Of a DNA stretch of 45,707 nucleotides, positions 37,500 to 45,638 are shown one piece after another. The stretch covers positions 1 through 45,707 of the forward strand of contig CAZVMV010000009.1 in assembly GCA_964628855.1 (NCBI GenBank), read 5' to 3'. The notes beneath the pieces were generated by a model. It saw only the letters and a program-made list of their open reading frames with translations, was not told the DNA's origin and did no database searches. Within the stretch, counting starts at the first letter, position 1. Every line of letters begins with the position of its first letter. The DNA comes from an uncultured Gammaproteobacteria bacterium (lineage in GTDB: Bacteria; Patescibacteriota; Patescibacteriia; UBA10025; JAHIVO01). Position numbers and translations under genes: made by a program.

Positions 37500-37988
37500 A
37501 TGAAGAGGTTCTTTACGTACGTTATGGTGGTTGCAATTCTGCTAATCATCGGTTGCGGACAACCGACTCGGGACGAGCCGCCTTTTTCTTTGGGCCAGGG
37601 CGGACCGGGATCGTTGATCAGGAACACTCAACTCGTCAGGTTTGATCCGGCGCATCAGCAGGCTGTATATGAGATCAGGTACCCGAATTATAACCTGGTA
37701 TCAGAAGCGAATCTCGGGTTAGTGTTCAAGGAGTTGACCAAGGAAGTCTTCAAGGATCGTTGGACTGTCATGTACCTGTATGATGACAATATGCACAAGG
37801 CCCTGCAGTTGCCAAACAGTATCGAGGTATACCGGTACATTTCCACGGGCGATCATCGCGGTATGCTGATCAACATTTACAAGCTGGGGCCATTTACCAC
37901 ACAGGGCCAGGCTGAGTATACTGACCGGGAGGGCAGGGAAATTACGGTGAGCATGACGTACCTCAGCATCATGCCGTCAGGTACATAA
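37500..37988 (+). CDS. hypothetical lipoprotein
   Basis: Signal peptide with lipobox LIIGC; SD GGAGGA before ATG 37500; TTGACT-N16-TAAGAT promoter upstream. Confidence 0.55.
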   Translation: MKRFFTYVMVVAILLIIGCGQPTRDEPPFSLGQGGPGSLIRNTQLVRFDPAHQQAVYEIRYPNYNLVSEANLGLVFKELTKEVFKDRWTVMYLYDDNMHKALQLPNSIEVYRYISTGDHRGMLINIYKLGPFTTQGQAEYTDREGREITVSMTYLSIMPSGT

Positions 37989-38008
37989 ACAATTGATCAT
38001 GAATGATC

Positions 38009-38036
38009 GGGGAGCTCCCTGAGAGCTCCTTTTTTA
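38009..38036 (+). terminator. intrinsic terminator
   Basis: GGAGCTC cctga GAGCTCC followed by T6. Confidence 0.7.
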
Positions 38037-38095
38037 TTTGATTTTTTATGCTGGCATGAGATAATAGCCTGGTATTAACCACTAAAAATGTTTTT

Positions 38096-38671
38096 ATGAA
38101 AAAAATTGCACTCACACTCTCAATTATTGGCTTAGCATTGTTGGTTTCAGCCTGTTCTAATGGCACAACAAATAACGCCACAAATAATACAACTAGTTCG
38201 TCTAATTCAGCAAGTGCAAATTTGAGTGTCAACACCAATACATCGGCTGATCCAGAGGGGACGATAATTGTAGAGGCCGGCGACGGGTCATTGTCCGGGG
38301 TCGAGGAAAGTTCAATGGATTACATCAAGGAATCCGCCCGAGGTCTGGAGGCATATCTCGGCTCCAAAGGCGCCACTGCCACGTATAACGTTACTTCAGC
38401 GAATACCGGCACTTACCAGCTTGCGGTAAAATTGACGGACGACGGCACTTGGGATAATGGCTCGCGAGACGCCAACATCACCGCCAATGGATCGCTAGTT
38501 CTGACTTACTACCACAGGACCGAGGACACGCGAGGCTGGAAATGGTTCACAGTTGGGAATCTCTCACTCAAGGAGGGAAACAACATCATAACTTTCTCTA
38601 AGGCAAATGACAAACCGGCCGCCTATGTCATGGACGAATTCAAACTGGTGCCGGTAATTGTAACACCCTAG
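38096..38671 (+). CDS. hypothetical lipoprotein with Asn/Thr/Ser-rich linker
   Basis: Signal peptide with lipobox LVSAC, then an NGTTNNATNNTTSSSNSASAN low-complexity linker, then a beta-rich domain. Confidence 0.55.
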   Translation: MKKIALTLSIIGLALLVSACSNGTTNNATNNTTSSSNSASANLSVNTNTSADPEGTIIVEAGDGSLSGVEESSMDYIKESARGLEAYLGSKGATATYNVTSANTGTYQLAVKLTDDGTWDNGSRDANITANGSLVLTYYHRTEDTRGWKWFTVGNLSLKEGNNIITFSKANDKPAAYVMDEFKLVPVIVTP

Positions 38672-38780
38672 GTTTCGGTAAAATAAATTTCGGGCGTCAA
38701 AACAGACATTTGTTAAAGTTGCGTTGAAAGGTTTTCTTTAACGGAACAAATTTTTAGCATGATAATAATAAGTCCATCAA

Positions 38781-39308
38781 ATGAGTAATCAACCCACGCC
38801 AGAGGATTACCAGCACATTAAGGAAAAAATTGTAGATTACCTTTCCAGGCAGGGCTATTCGGAAAAGAAACTGCTGCAGAAGGTAACCGACCTTAAACGT
38901 CATTATCCGACTACCTTGCGTTACCGTTTTTATACGATCACGCATGTACAGATTGTCCTGGATGAATTGAAAGAATTGGGAGTAGTTGATGACCTTAGAT
39001 TTGCCAGAAATGTCCTGGCGCAATTAATTGACCGTAAGGACGGACTCTATCGCATTAAAGAAAAGATGCGCCGTCGTCTTATTCCGCCGGCGATGATTGA
39101 CAGGGCATTAAAAGAATGGAAACAAGCAGGGCAAGGGCAGGATTTCACCGCCATTGTGCGTGAAACAAAAAGAAAGTATGAAAGGTTGAAAGAAAAATTC
39201 CCAAAGGAGAATATGGGCTATGAGGTAAGAAGGAGGCTGTATGCATTTCTCGGACAGAAGGGGTACGTGTCGGAAGAAATTAAGAAAATACTGGGACTTG
39301 TAATATAA
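38781..39308 (+). CDS. recX: RecX-family regulatory protein
   Basis: Three-helix repeat pattern of RecX (KIVDYLSRQGYSEKKLLQKV; LKELGVVDDLRFARNVLAQLI...GLYRIKEKMRRRLIP); 175 aa. No recA nearby. Confidence 0.5.
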   Translation: MSNQPTPEDYQHIKEKIVDYLSRQGYSEKKLLQKVTDLKRHYPTTLRYRFYTITHVQIVLDELKELGVVDDLRFARNVLAQLIDRKDGLYRIKEKMRRRLIPPAMIDRALKEWKQAGQGQDFTAIVRETKRKYERLKEKFPKENMGYEVRRRLYAFLGQKGYVSEEIKKILGLVI

Positions 39309-39363
39309 CGCCAAACCGCTTACACTTCAGAATGTCGGAACAAATCCACTATAAAACATTATT

Positions 39364-39909
39364 ATGAAAAACTTCAGGAAAGAGAGGCGTTCGGGGCGCC
39401 GAGAAGGCGGCAGGCGCAGTTTTGGTGTTGGTGAGGGGAATGGAGGCTCAAAAATGTTCTCGGCCACCTGTGCCGAATGCGGCAACCCATGCGAAGTGCC
39501 TTTCCGGCCTAAACCCGGGCGGCCAGTTTTTTGCAATGATTGTTTCGGGAAAAATAACCACCATGAGGAGCGCCGCTCAGATGATGGGCGTAATTTCCGG
39601 CCAGACCACCAGGACAGGCGCATGTTCTCTGCTACCTGTGCCGAATGCGGCAATCCGTGTGAAGTGCCTTTCCGGCCGACAGCCGGCAAGCCGGTATATT
39701 GCAAATCATGTTTCGATCGGCGGGGCAACCGTAATAACCGGGAATCGCTAAATCAGGCACAACAAAATCCGGATCAGTTCGCTACACTAAACGCAAAGCT
39801 AGATAAAATTATAAGCCTTCTGGCCGTACCTAATGCCGTTACGGTGAAAAAGACATCCACGGAAATTAAGGTCAAGCCAAAGGCAAAAGCGAAGAAGAAA
39901 TTAAAATAA
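39364..39909 (+). CDS. basic protein with two tandem C4 zinc-ribbon modules (CxxCG-x3-EVPFRP-x6-FCxxC), Arg/Gly-rich N-tail and Lys-rich C-tail
   Basis: Module 1 MFSATCAECGNPCEVPFRPKPGRPVFCNDCF; module 2 MFSATCAECGNPCEVPFRPTAGKPVYCKSCF; C-terminal KVKPKAKAKKKLK. Confidence 0.55.
   Translation: MKNFRKERRSGRREGGRRSFGVGEGNGGSKMFSATCAECGNPCEVPFRPKPGRPVFCNDCFGKNNHHEERRSDDGRNFRPDHQDRRMFSATCAECGNPCEVPFRPTAGKPVYCKSCFDRRGNRNNRESLNQAQQNPDQFATLNAKLDKIISLLAVPNAVTVKKTSTEIKVKPKAKAKKKLK
39454..39715 (+). repeat. internal direct repeat (two ~95-bp copies, ~85% identical) encoding the duplicated zinc-ribbon module
   Basis: Copy 1 at 39454-39549 and copy 2 at 39615-39715, both beginning ATGTTCTC(G/T)GC(C/T)ACCTGTGCCGAATGCGGCAA... 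Confidence 0.8.
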
Positions 39910-39956
39910 TCCTCGGGATAGTTGCATTTTTTGCTAGCTAGAGGGATAATCCAGAC

Positions 39957-40460
39957 ATGAAAAAGATTGCGGCCATTGTTATTTTATTGGCATTGGTCAG
40001 CGCAGGAGCGTACTGGTATTTTTCGAATATGGGCGGCTCTGAAGCAGAGGTTTCGCCGGATCAGATGGAAATCCGGGATTTTTTAGGTATGCCAGCTCAA
40101 TTCAGTATCAGCTACCTGCCCCAAGGAGAGGCGGGGGAATTCGTGCGTTCTGAAACCTGGTATTTTCCGGACTCGAAAAAAGAGGTTCGATTTCTGGGCG
40201 GGGAAATATTTTCCAGCCAAGATTACGCGCCAGTTGACGGCATGAAAGTAACCGACTTGGTGCCTGAGCAATTTGACGTCAATATGACCGTGGCTGACAT
40301 AAACAAAGTTCTTGGGGAACAGGCCACGCTATTTGAGGTACCCGGAGTGACGACGGATGTGGTGAAAACCTATGTCAGTTCCAAAGTTATGTTCACTATT
40401 GAAAATGATTACCTTACATATATCACGACTCTAAGCACGAATGCTATACCCACTGAGTGA
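39957..40460 (+). CDS. hypothetical exported protein
   Basis: N-terminal signal/TM (IAAIVILLALVSAGAYWYF); overlaps the next gene by 20 nt. Confidence 0.5.
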   Translation: MKKIAAIVILLALVSAGAYWYFSNMGGSEAEVSPDQMEIRDFLGMPAQFSISYLPQGEAGEFVRSETWYFPDSKKEVRFLGGEIFSSQDYAPVDGMKVTDLVPEQFDVNMTVADINKVLGEQATLFEVPGVTTDVVKTYVSSKVMFTIENDYLTYITTLSTNAIPTE

Positions 40461-41697
40461 TCGTATGGTGAATGCGCTTACAAAAAAAATATCTGCCAGT
40501 CTCGTCATCTTCGTCCTGTTGGTCGGATTGTCATTACCCGGGCCAGTAGAAGCGCGAAATCCGTTTAAAAGCCTGGTTCGTTCGATACGTCGGACAGTGA
40601 CATTCATTGTTAAGTTGCCTGATAAGGCAACACGTTGGATGGGGCCGGTGCTAGGGCCGATTGCGTCCGCTATCTTGACGCAAAATCTTTCCACGCACCA
40701 TGAGATCGGTCAGTTGTTCCGTAATGCGCAGCGGGCTGACAAGATTTTCCAGAGTATCGACGAGCAGAAGCGATTACTTGCGGATGTTAAGACCATCTAC
40801 CAAAACCAGGCGAAAGATTTGGATGCGCAAATTGAAAAAATGCAGAAAATTCGTGATAACTTTGCCCAACAGCTGCTAAACGATCCTGATTATGGTTTCC
40901 AAAACTACAAACGGGACGTTATTGCGCTCGACCGGGTGATTGAATCGTATCAGAGCGCAGCCACTGACATGCGGGCTACGGCTGACCGTTTAAATACAGG
41001 TGATCTGTTGGGATTGCTTGGCCGTGACGGGATTAAGAATTTTTTGCGCGGCTCAGAATCGATAGTTATTGGCGAGTTGAAAAATGAATTGAACCGTTTT
41101 ATAGATCCTTCCGTGATCAAGACCTTTGTCGATCTTGGAAACGGCGATGTCCTAGATGTTTTATTGAACGGTGACATTGACAAGCTTTTGAGCCAGGATG
41201 CTTCCGGTATAGATAAGGATGCCTTGATCGAACGTATCAAGGACCAAATCAAGTCCATGTCCCAAGCCCAACTCAATGACCTTAGGAAAAACTGGAATAC
41301 AAAGATCCGCGAGCTGATAAATCAGCAGATTAAAGATCTGAAAAGCGAATTGCCGGCAACAAATTCCACGGCGAATGCGAATGCTTCGGCCTCTTCTGCC
41401 CCAGTAGACGATGGGCCTATACCTGTTGATGAGAATGGCTGTGCGCCTGGATATGCTTTTAGTCCCAGGTCTGGTATCAGTTGTATCCAGACTGACTGTA
41501 GCCAGGTTGAGTTTGGGCATTACAGTTATGAGAGCTATTGTATCTGCGGTTCGTCCGGGAGCATTGCCGAAAATCCCACTGACCCGAATAAGGAGTGTAA
41601 TTACCCTTCGAACTACCGTTCGTGCCCAGGCTGCCTTTATGCCTGTGTCCATCTGGACGAAGAATGCCCTGAGTTGCCCACAGACCAGTCGCCATGA
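40441..41697 (+). CDS. hypothetical secreted protein with coiled-coil region and C-terminal Cys-rich module
   Basis: Signal peptide, helical middle region (QIEKMQKIRDNFAQQLL...), and 16 Cys in the last 80 aa (...CAPGYAFSPRSGISCIQTDCSQ...CICGS...CNYPSNYRSCPGCLYACVHLDEECPE). Confidence 0.5.
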   Translation: MLYPLSDRMVNALTKKISASLVIFVLLVGLSLPGPVEARNPFKSLVRSIRRTVTFIVKLPDKATRWMGPVLGPIASAILTQNLSTHHEIGQLFRNAQRADKIFQSIDEQKRLLADVKTIYQNQAKDLDAQIEKMQKIRDNFAQQLLNDPDYGFQNYKRDVIALDRVIESYQSAATDMRATADRLNTGDLLGLLGRDGIKNFLRGSESIVIGELKNELNRFIDPSVIKTFVDLGNGDVLDVLLNGDIDKLLSQDASGIDKDALIERIKDQIKSMSQAQLNDLRKNWNTKIRELINQQIKDLKSELPATNSTANANASASSAPVDDGPIPVDENGCAPGYAFSPRSGISCIQTDCSQVEFGHYSYESYCICGSSGSIAENPTDPNKECNYPSNYRSCPGCLYACVHLDEECPELPTDQSP

Positions 41698-41785
41698 AGG
41701 GCGTAAATTTTATTGACTGAAGTGGGATTATTATCCCATAAAGTTATGCGGGCCTATATAGTGGGATCCGGGATATTAAAATTAA

Positions 41786-41814
41786 CTAAAAAAAGACAGC
41801 CTGTCTGGGCTGTC
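41786..41814 (-). terminator. intrinsic terminator for the 41829-42323 gene
   Basis: GACAGCC tgtctg GGCTGTC, followed on the minus strand by T7. Confidence 0.6.
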
Positions 41815-41828
41815 CGTGTGGGGGAAAA

Positions 41829-42323
41829 TTAATGGATCGTTTCTGATGACGGCGGTCCCTGGCCTCGCAGGCACTGAAGGTCCAGCGTAGTCGGCTCGTT
41901 TAGTATCTCCTCAAATACTGAGACGATGGTTCGCAGATCCGCATGCCAGGCATAGTGTCCTATATACGCGATGTACATCAACGTGATGTTGGCCAGCAGA
42001 CTGGAAACGCAGATTACTTTATCCGGCATGCGCCCGATCGAAAGGATAAATATCCAGGTCGTGATATCATGCAGATGTTTTGTATCGTCATCCGGCCAAC
42101 TGCAATCTATCTCTTGTTCAAAAGTCCGGCCGAGTGATGCCAGGCTTCCCATGGAATGTTGGACATTAAAAATGTGTGAACCGGGGTTGTAGTCCATTAG
42201 CATTCTTTTGCGTACCGAACGGCACTGCATACCAAATACCATTGCGATATCGTGAGAAGTCGTTTTTTCCACTTCTTCCATCAGATAACAGATCAGCATA
42301 TCCAGGGCTTTTTCAAAGTGCAT
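41829..42323 (-). CDS. hypothetical protein, possibly an HD-domain hydrolase
   Basis: His/Asp-containing segments (TTSHDIAMVF, HSMGSLAS, KHLHDITTW); SD GGAGGAAG before ATG 42323. Weak assignment. Confidence 0.3.
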   Translation of the reverse strand: MHFEKALDMLICYLMEEVEKTTSHDIAMVFGMQCRSVRKRMLMDYNPGSHIFNVQHSMGSLASLGRTFEQEIDCSWPDDDTKHLHDITTWIFILSIGRMPDKVICVSSLLANITLMYIAYIGHYAWHADLRTIVSVFEEILNEPTTLDLQCLRGQGPPSSETIH

Positions 42324-42445
42324 ACTTCCTCCGTGACGTTGTGTAATATTGGTTTGGTTTTACCAGGCCGCACGACATGTGTCAAGCCGAAATTGCACAA
42401 TTCTTAGTTGGATGTTTCGTTATAATGATTTAAAGAGGAGGATAC

Positions 42446-42473
42446 TTGTCAAAACGAGAGATTATGTTACAAT
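42446..42473 (+). promoter_or_regulatory. promoter of the rpsB-tsf operon, followed by a ~130-nt structured leader
   Basis: TTGTCA N16 TACAAT. Leader contains ACCCaataataacGGGT + T6 and CCCTTGG...CCAAGGG hairpins. Confidence 0.4.
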
Positions 42474-42613
42474 ATGGGCACCCAATAATAACGGGTTTTT
42501 TATTAACTTATCTCCCATGTTTCCTGACCGGCTCAGGTCCTTCCCTTGGCAAAATGATGCCCAAGGGTCATGAGCCAGGATGACGGAAACAGCGGAAAAA
42601 AAGGAAAGACAAT

Positions 42614-43342
42614 ATGACCGAGTATTCTCTCCAGGAAATGCTGAAAAAGGGCGTGCATTTCGGCCACCAGAAAAAAGGGTGGCATCCCAAAATGGCCCAG
42701 TACATATTCACCACGCGTGCCGGGGTGCATATTCTTGATTTGGAAAAGACTGCGCAAAAGCTGTCCGAAGCGGCTGATTTTGCGCGATCTGTCGTCTCCC
42801 GCGGTGGCAAGATCCTTTTTGTCAGCACTAAGCGCCAAGCCCAAGCAATCGTCCAGAAAGCCGCATCGGAGGCTGGTATGCCTTTTGCCACGGTCAGCTG
42901 GATAGGCGGTACGCTGACGAATTTCGACCATATCATCAAACAGGTGCATTTGCTAAAAGACCTTCGACAAAAACGTGCCAAGGGGGAATTGACCAAATAT
43001 ACCAAACGGGAACAGCTCCAGTTCGATGAACAGATTACCACATTGGAAAAAACAGTTGGCGGCATCGAGACTCTGGAGTCATTGCCACAGGCATTGTTTA
43101 TTGTTGACCTAAAGAAAGAAAAAACTGCGCTGCGCGAAGCTAGGAAGAAAAAAATACCGGTTATTGCAATGGTTGACACCAATTGCAATCCAGACCTAGT
43201 TGATTTTCCCATACCGGCAAATGATGACGCAACGAAGTCAATAGAATACGTAGTCAGTGCCATAGCCGCAGCCATCACGGAAGCTGCAAAAAACCGCACT
43301 GAGCAAACGGCAGCAAACCAAGTACAAAAAGTTAACGAATAA
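42614..43342 (+). CDS. rpsB: 30S ribosomal protein S2
   Basis: MLKKGVHFGHQKKGWHPKMAQYIF...HILDLEKT... is the canonical S2 sequence. Confidence 0.95.
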   Translation: MTEYSLQEMLKKGVHFGHQKKGWHPKMAQYIFTTRAGVHILDLEKTAQKLSEAADFARSVVSRGGKILFVSTKRQAQAIVQKAASEAGMPFATVSWIGGTLTNFDHIIKQVHLLKDLRQKRAKGELTKYTKREQLQFDEQITTLEKTVGGIETLESLPQALFIVDLKKEKTALREARKKKIPVIAMVDTNCNPDLVDFPIPANDDATKSIEYVVSAIAAAITEAAKNRTEQTAANQVQKVNE

Positions 43343-43346
43343 TTAT

Positions 43347-43934
43347 ATGCCCATCAGCACTCAAGATATCCAAAAACTGCGTGAGGAGACCGGTGCCGGA
43401 ATAATGGACGCCAAGAAAGCCCTTGAAAAAGCGGATGGCGACTTCAATAAAGCTGTAGAGTATATGAAACAGCAGGGGCAGAAGATTGCGGCCAAGAAGC
43501 AGGATCGACAGACAAAACAGGGCACGGTCGGGTCCTATGTGCATGCCAACGGAAGGGTTGCGGCCCTGGTCGGCGTAGCTTGTGAAAGTGATTTTGTAGC
43601 AAATACTGAAACTTTTCAGGAGTTGGCACATGATCTAGCTATGCATGTAGCCGCCACTGATCCGCAATATGTGAAACCGGAGGACGTGCCTGCTGAGATC
43701 ATTGAAAATGAAAAGAATATCTTTAGGGTCCAGTTACAGACCAGCGGCAAACCGGAAAAACTCTGGGAGGGCATCATCCAGGGGAAGCTCAATAAGTTTT
43801 TCAGTGAAACCTGCCTGATCAAGCAGCCGTACATTAAAGAGGACAAGAAGACTGTTGAACAACTCATTCAGGAAAGCATTCTTAAGCTTGGGGAGAACAT
43901 CCAAATAAAAGGGTTCAAACGTATCGCGTTATGA
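43347..43934 (+). CDS. tsf: elongation factor Ts (short form)
   Basis: IQKLREETGAGIMDAKKALEKADGDFNKAVEYM is the UBA-like N-domain and dimerisation core; 195 aa. Confidence 0.9.
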   Translation: MPISTQDIQKLREETGAGIMDAKKALEKADGDFNKAVEYMKQQGQKIAAKKQDRQTKQGTVGSYVHANGRVAALVGVACESDFVANTETFQELAHDLAMHVAATDPQYVKPEDVPAEIIENEKNIFRVQLQTSGKPEKLWEGIIQGKLNKFFSETCLIKQPYIKEDKKTVEQLIQESILKLGENIQIKGFKRIAL

Positions 43935-44728
43935 TAAAAAAAGCGATCGGTGTCCAATTAAATCCCTGGGACCGGGTGACACATTTCGACGGTGAAGGCC
44001 TACAGGTCCGAGTTGGGGACAGGATTATTGTTAAAGGAGAGGCTGGCCTGGATATCGGCCGAGTTGTGAGTGTCATGGAGCATGATGAGAATTATTTCAA
44101 TGAGCCATTACGTCCTATTGTCCGAGTCGCTACTGCCGACGATTTGTCCCGGGTAAAACATGAAGAATCTCGCAAATCAGAAATACTTGCGTCGGCTAGG
44201 GCCAGTGTCATCCAGCACCAGCTGGAAATGAAGTTGGTTGATTGTTATTTTTCATTCGATGGTGGACGGGTCACGTTTGTTTTCACTGCCGAGGGACGTG
44301 TCGATTTTCGCGAATTGGTAAAGGAATTGGCGAAAAAATTCCAGAAATCAATCCGTTTGCAACAGGTCGGTATCAGGGACGAAGCGAAGCGCATGGGCGG
44401 TTTCGGGCCCTGCGGACGTGAGCTGTGCTGTACGAAATTTTTGCAGAACATGACTAGCGTCTCCACCGAATATGCGCGATTACAACAGGTACATAGCCGC
44501 GGCAGTGACCGCATTTCAGGCGGTTGCGGCCGGCTGATGTGCTGTCTGTCATATGAGAAGGATTTTTATGAGTCAGAATTGAAAAATTTCCCCCCATTAG
44601 ATAGTACCGTAAAGACTAAACAAGGTACTGGACGTGTCACCGGTACCAATGTAATCAAGCAGACCGTCATGGTTTCAGTCGACAATACCCAGATCGAAAT
44701 GCCAGTAAAGGACGTCAAACGCGTATGA
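43931..44728 (+). CDS. RicT/YaaT family protein (PSP1 C-terminal domain, Cys-rich)
   Basis: Near-collinear match to B. subtilis YaaT blocks: KLVDCYFSFDGGRVTFVFTAEGRVDFRELVKELA, GFGPCGRELCC and GGCGRLMCCLSYE. 4-nt overlap with tsf. Confidence 0.8.
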   Translation: MIKKAIGVQLNPWDRVTHFDGEGLQVRVGDRIIVKGEAGLDIGRVVSVMEHDENYFNEPLRPIVRVATADDLSRVKHEESRKSEILASARASVIQHQLEMKLVDCYFSFDGGRVTFVFTAEGRVDFRELVKELAKKFQKSIRLQQVGIRDEAKRMGGFGPCGRELCCTKFLQNMTSVSTEYARLQQVHSRGSDRISGGCGRLMCCLSYEKDFYESELKNFPPLDSTVKTKQGTGRVTGTNVIKQTVMVSVDNTQIEMPVKDVKRV

Positions 44729-45612
44729 TACTTGACTTCATTGCCATTGGTGTTATTATTGCTTGTTTAAGTGTCGTCATTTATATTATTTCCAGGAAAT
44801 TCCCGATTATTTCGTCAATAGATATTGCCAAACTTTCAAAACACAAACAGGAAAAAGTAAAATCAGAATTAATGGAAGAGAGGCTGAAACGCAAATTGGA
44901 AATTTTGAATATAAAAAAGTACTTTACGTCATCAGGATCCAGCGAGACGACAAAGGTCCCATTGATCCAGAAAATGAGGATTTTCGTCAAAGAACTGGAG
45001 CAGCGTTACCAAAAAAAAGTCACCGAAACCGAAGACGAAGAGTTGACGAATGACAAGAAGAAGGCAATTTTATATACCGAAGCCCAGGAATTGTCCGCTC
45101 ATGACCAGGATGCAAAGGCGGAACAGAAATATATCGAAGCAATCAGCTTGGATGCAAAGTATAAGGAGGCTTATCAGGGCCTGGCTGATCTGTACCTCAA
45201 AAAGAAAGATTATGATCATGCAAAAGAGATTTTTAAATACCTGATCAAATTGAATACAACTGACGACGCAAGTTTTGAACACTTGGGTCAAATCGCAAAA
45301 TACCAGGGCGACCTGGCGGAGGCGGAAAAAGATTATCTCCAGTCCATTTCATTGAATAACAGGGTAGCTGGGTATCAGGCTGACTTGGCGGAAATTTATC
45401 TGGCGAAAGGGGAGCAGTCAAAAGCCTTTGAACATTTCCAGGAAGCGCTAAAACTTGAGCCGAACAATCCCAGGTATCTGGATATGGCCATCGAAACTGC
45501 CGTGGCGCTCGAGCTAACGGAAGTCGCCAAGCAATACTATCAAAAACTCAAAGAAGTAAATCCGGAAAACAAAAAACTAAAAGAATATAAAAAATATTTT
45601 TTGAAAAAATAA
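44725..45612 (+). CDS. TPR-repeat protein with N-terminal TM anchor
   Basis: TM helix (FIAIGVIIACLSVVIYII) then several TPR-like 34-aa repeats (AEQKYIEAISLDAKYKEAYQGLADLYLKKKDYDHAKEIF...). Confidence 0.6.
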   Translation: MILDFIAIGVIIACLSVVIYIISRKFPIISSIDIAKLSKHKQEKVKSELMEERLKRKLEILNIKKYFTSSGSSETTKVPLIQKMRIFVKELEQRYQKKVTETEDEELTNDKKKAILYTEAQELSAHDQDAKAEQKYIEAISLDAKYKEAYQGLADLYLKKKDYDHAKEIFKYLIKLNTTDDASFEHLGQIAKYQGDLAEAEKDYLQSISLNNRVAGYQADLAEIYLAKGEQSKAFEHFQEALKLEPNNPRYLDMAIETAVALELTEVAKQYYQKLKEVNPENKKLKEYKKYFLKK

Positions 45613-45638
45613 TTTGAAAGATAGTTTGCCCAGTCAGA

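Noticed and set aside
39454-39715. Diversity-generating retroelement (template/variable repeat) explanation for the ~95-bp direct repeat
   Set aside because: Mismatches between the two copies are not adenine-specific (both transitions and transversions at C, G, T and A). No reverse transcriptase is nearby, and both copies are in-frame parts of one CDS. This is an intragenic domain duplication.
42349-42573. 74-aa ORF in the rpsB leader
   Set aside because: It reads through the rpsB promoter and leader hairpins, has no SD, and has a low-complexity translation. It is more likely a regulatory leader.
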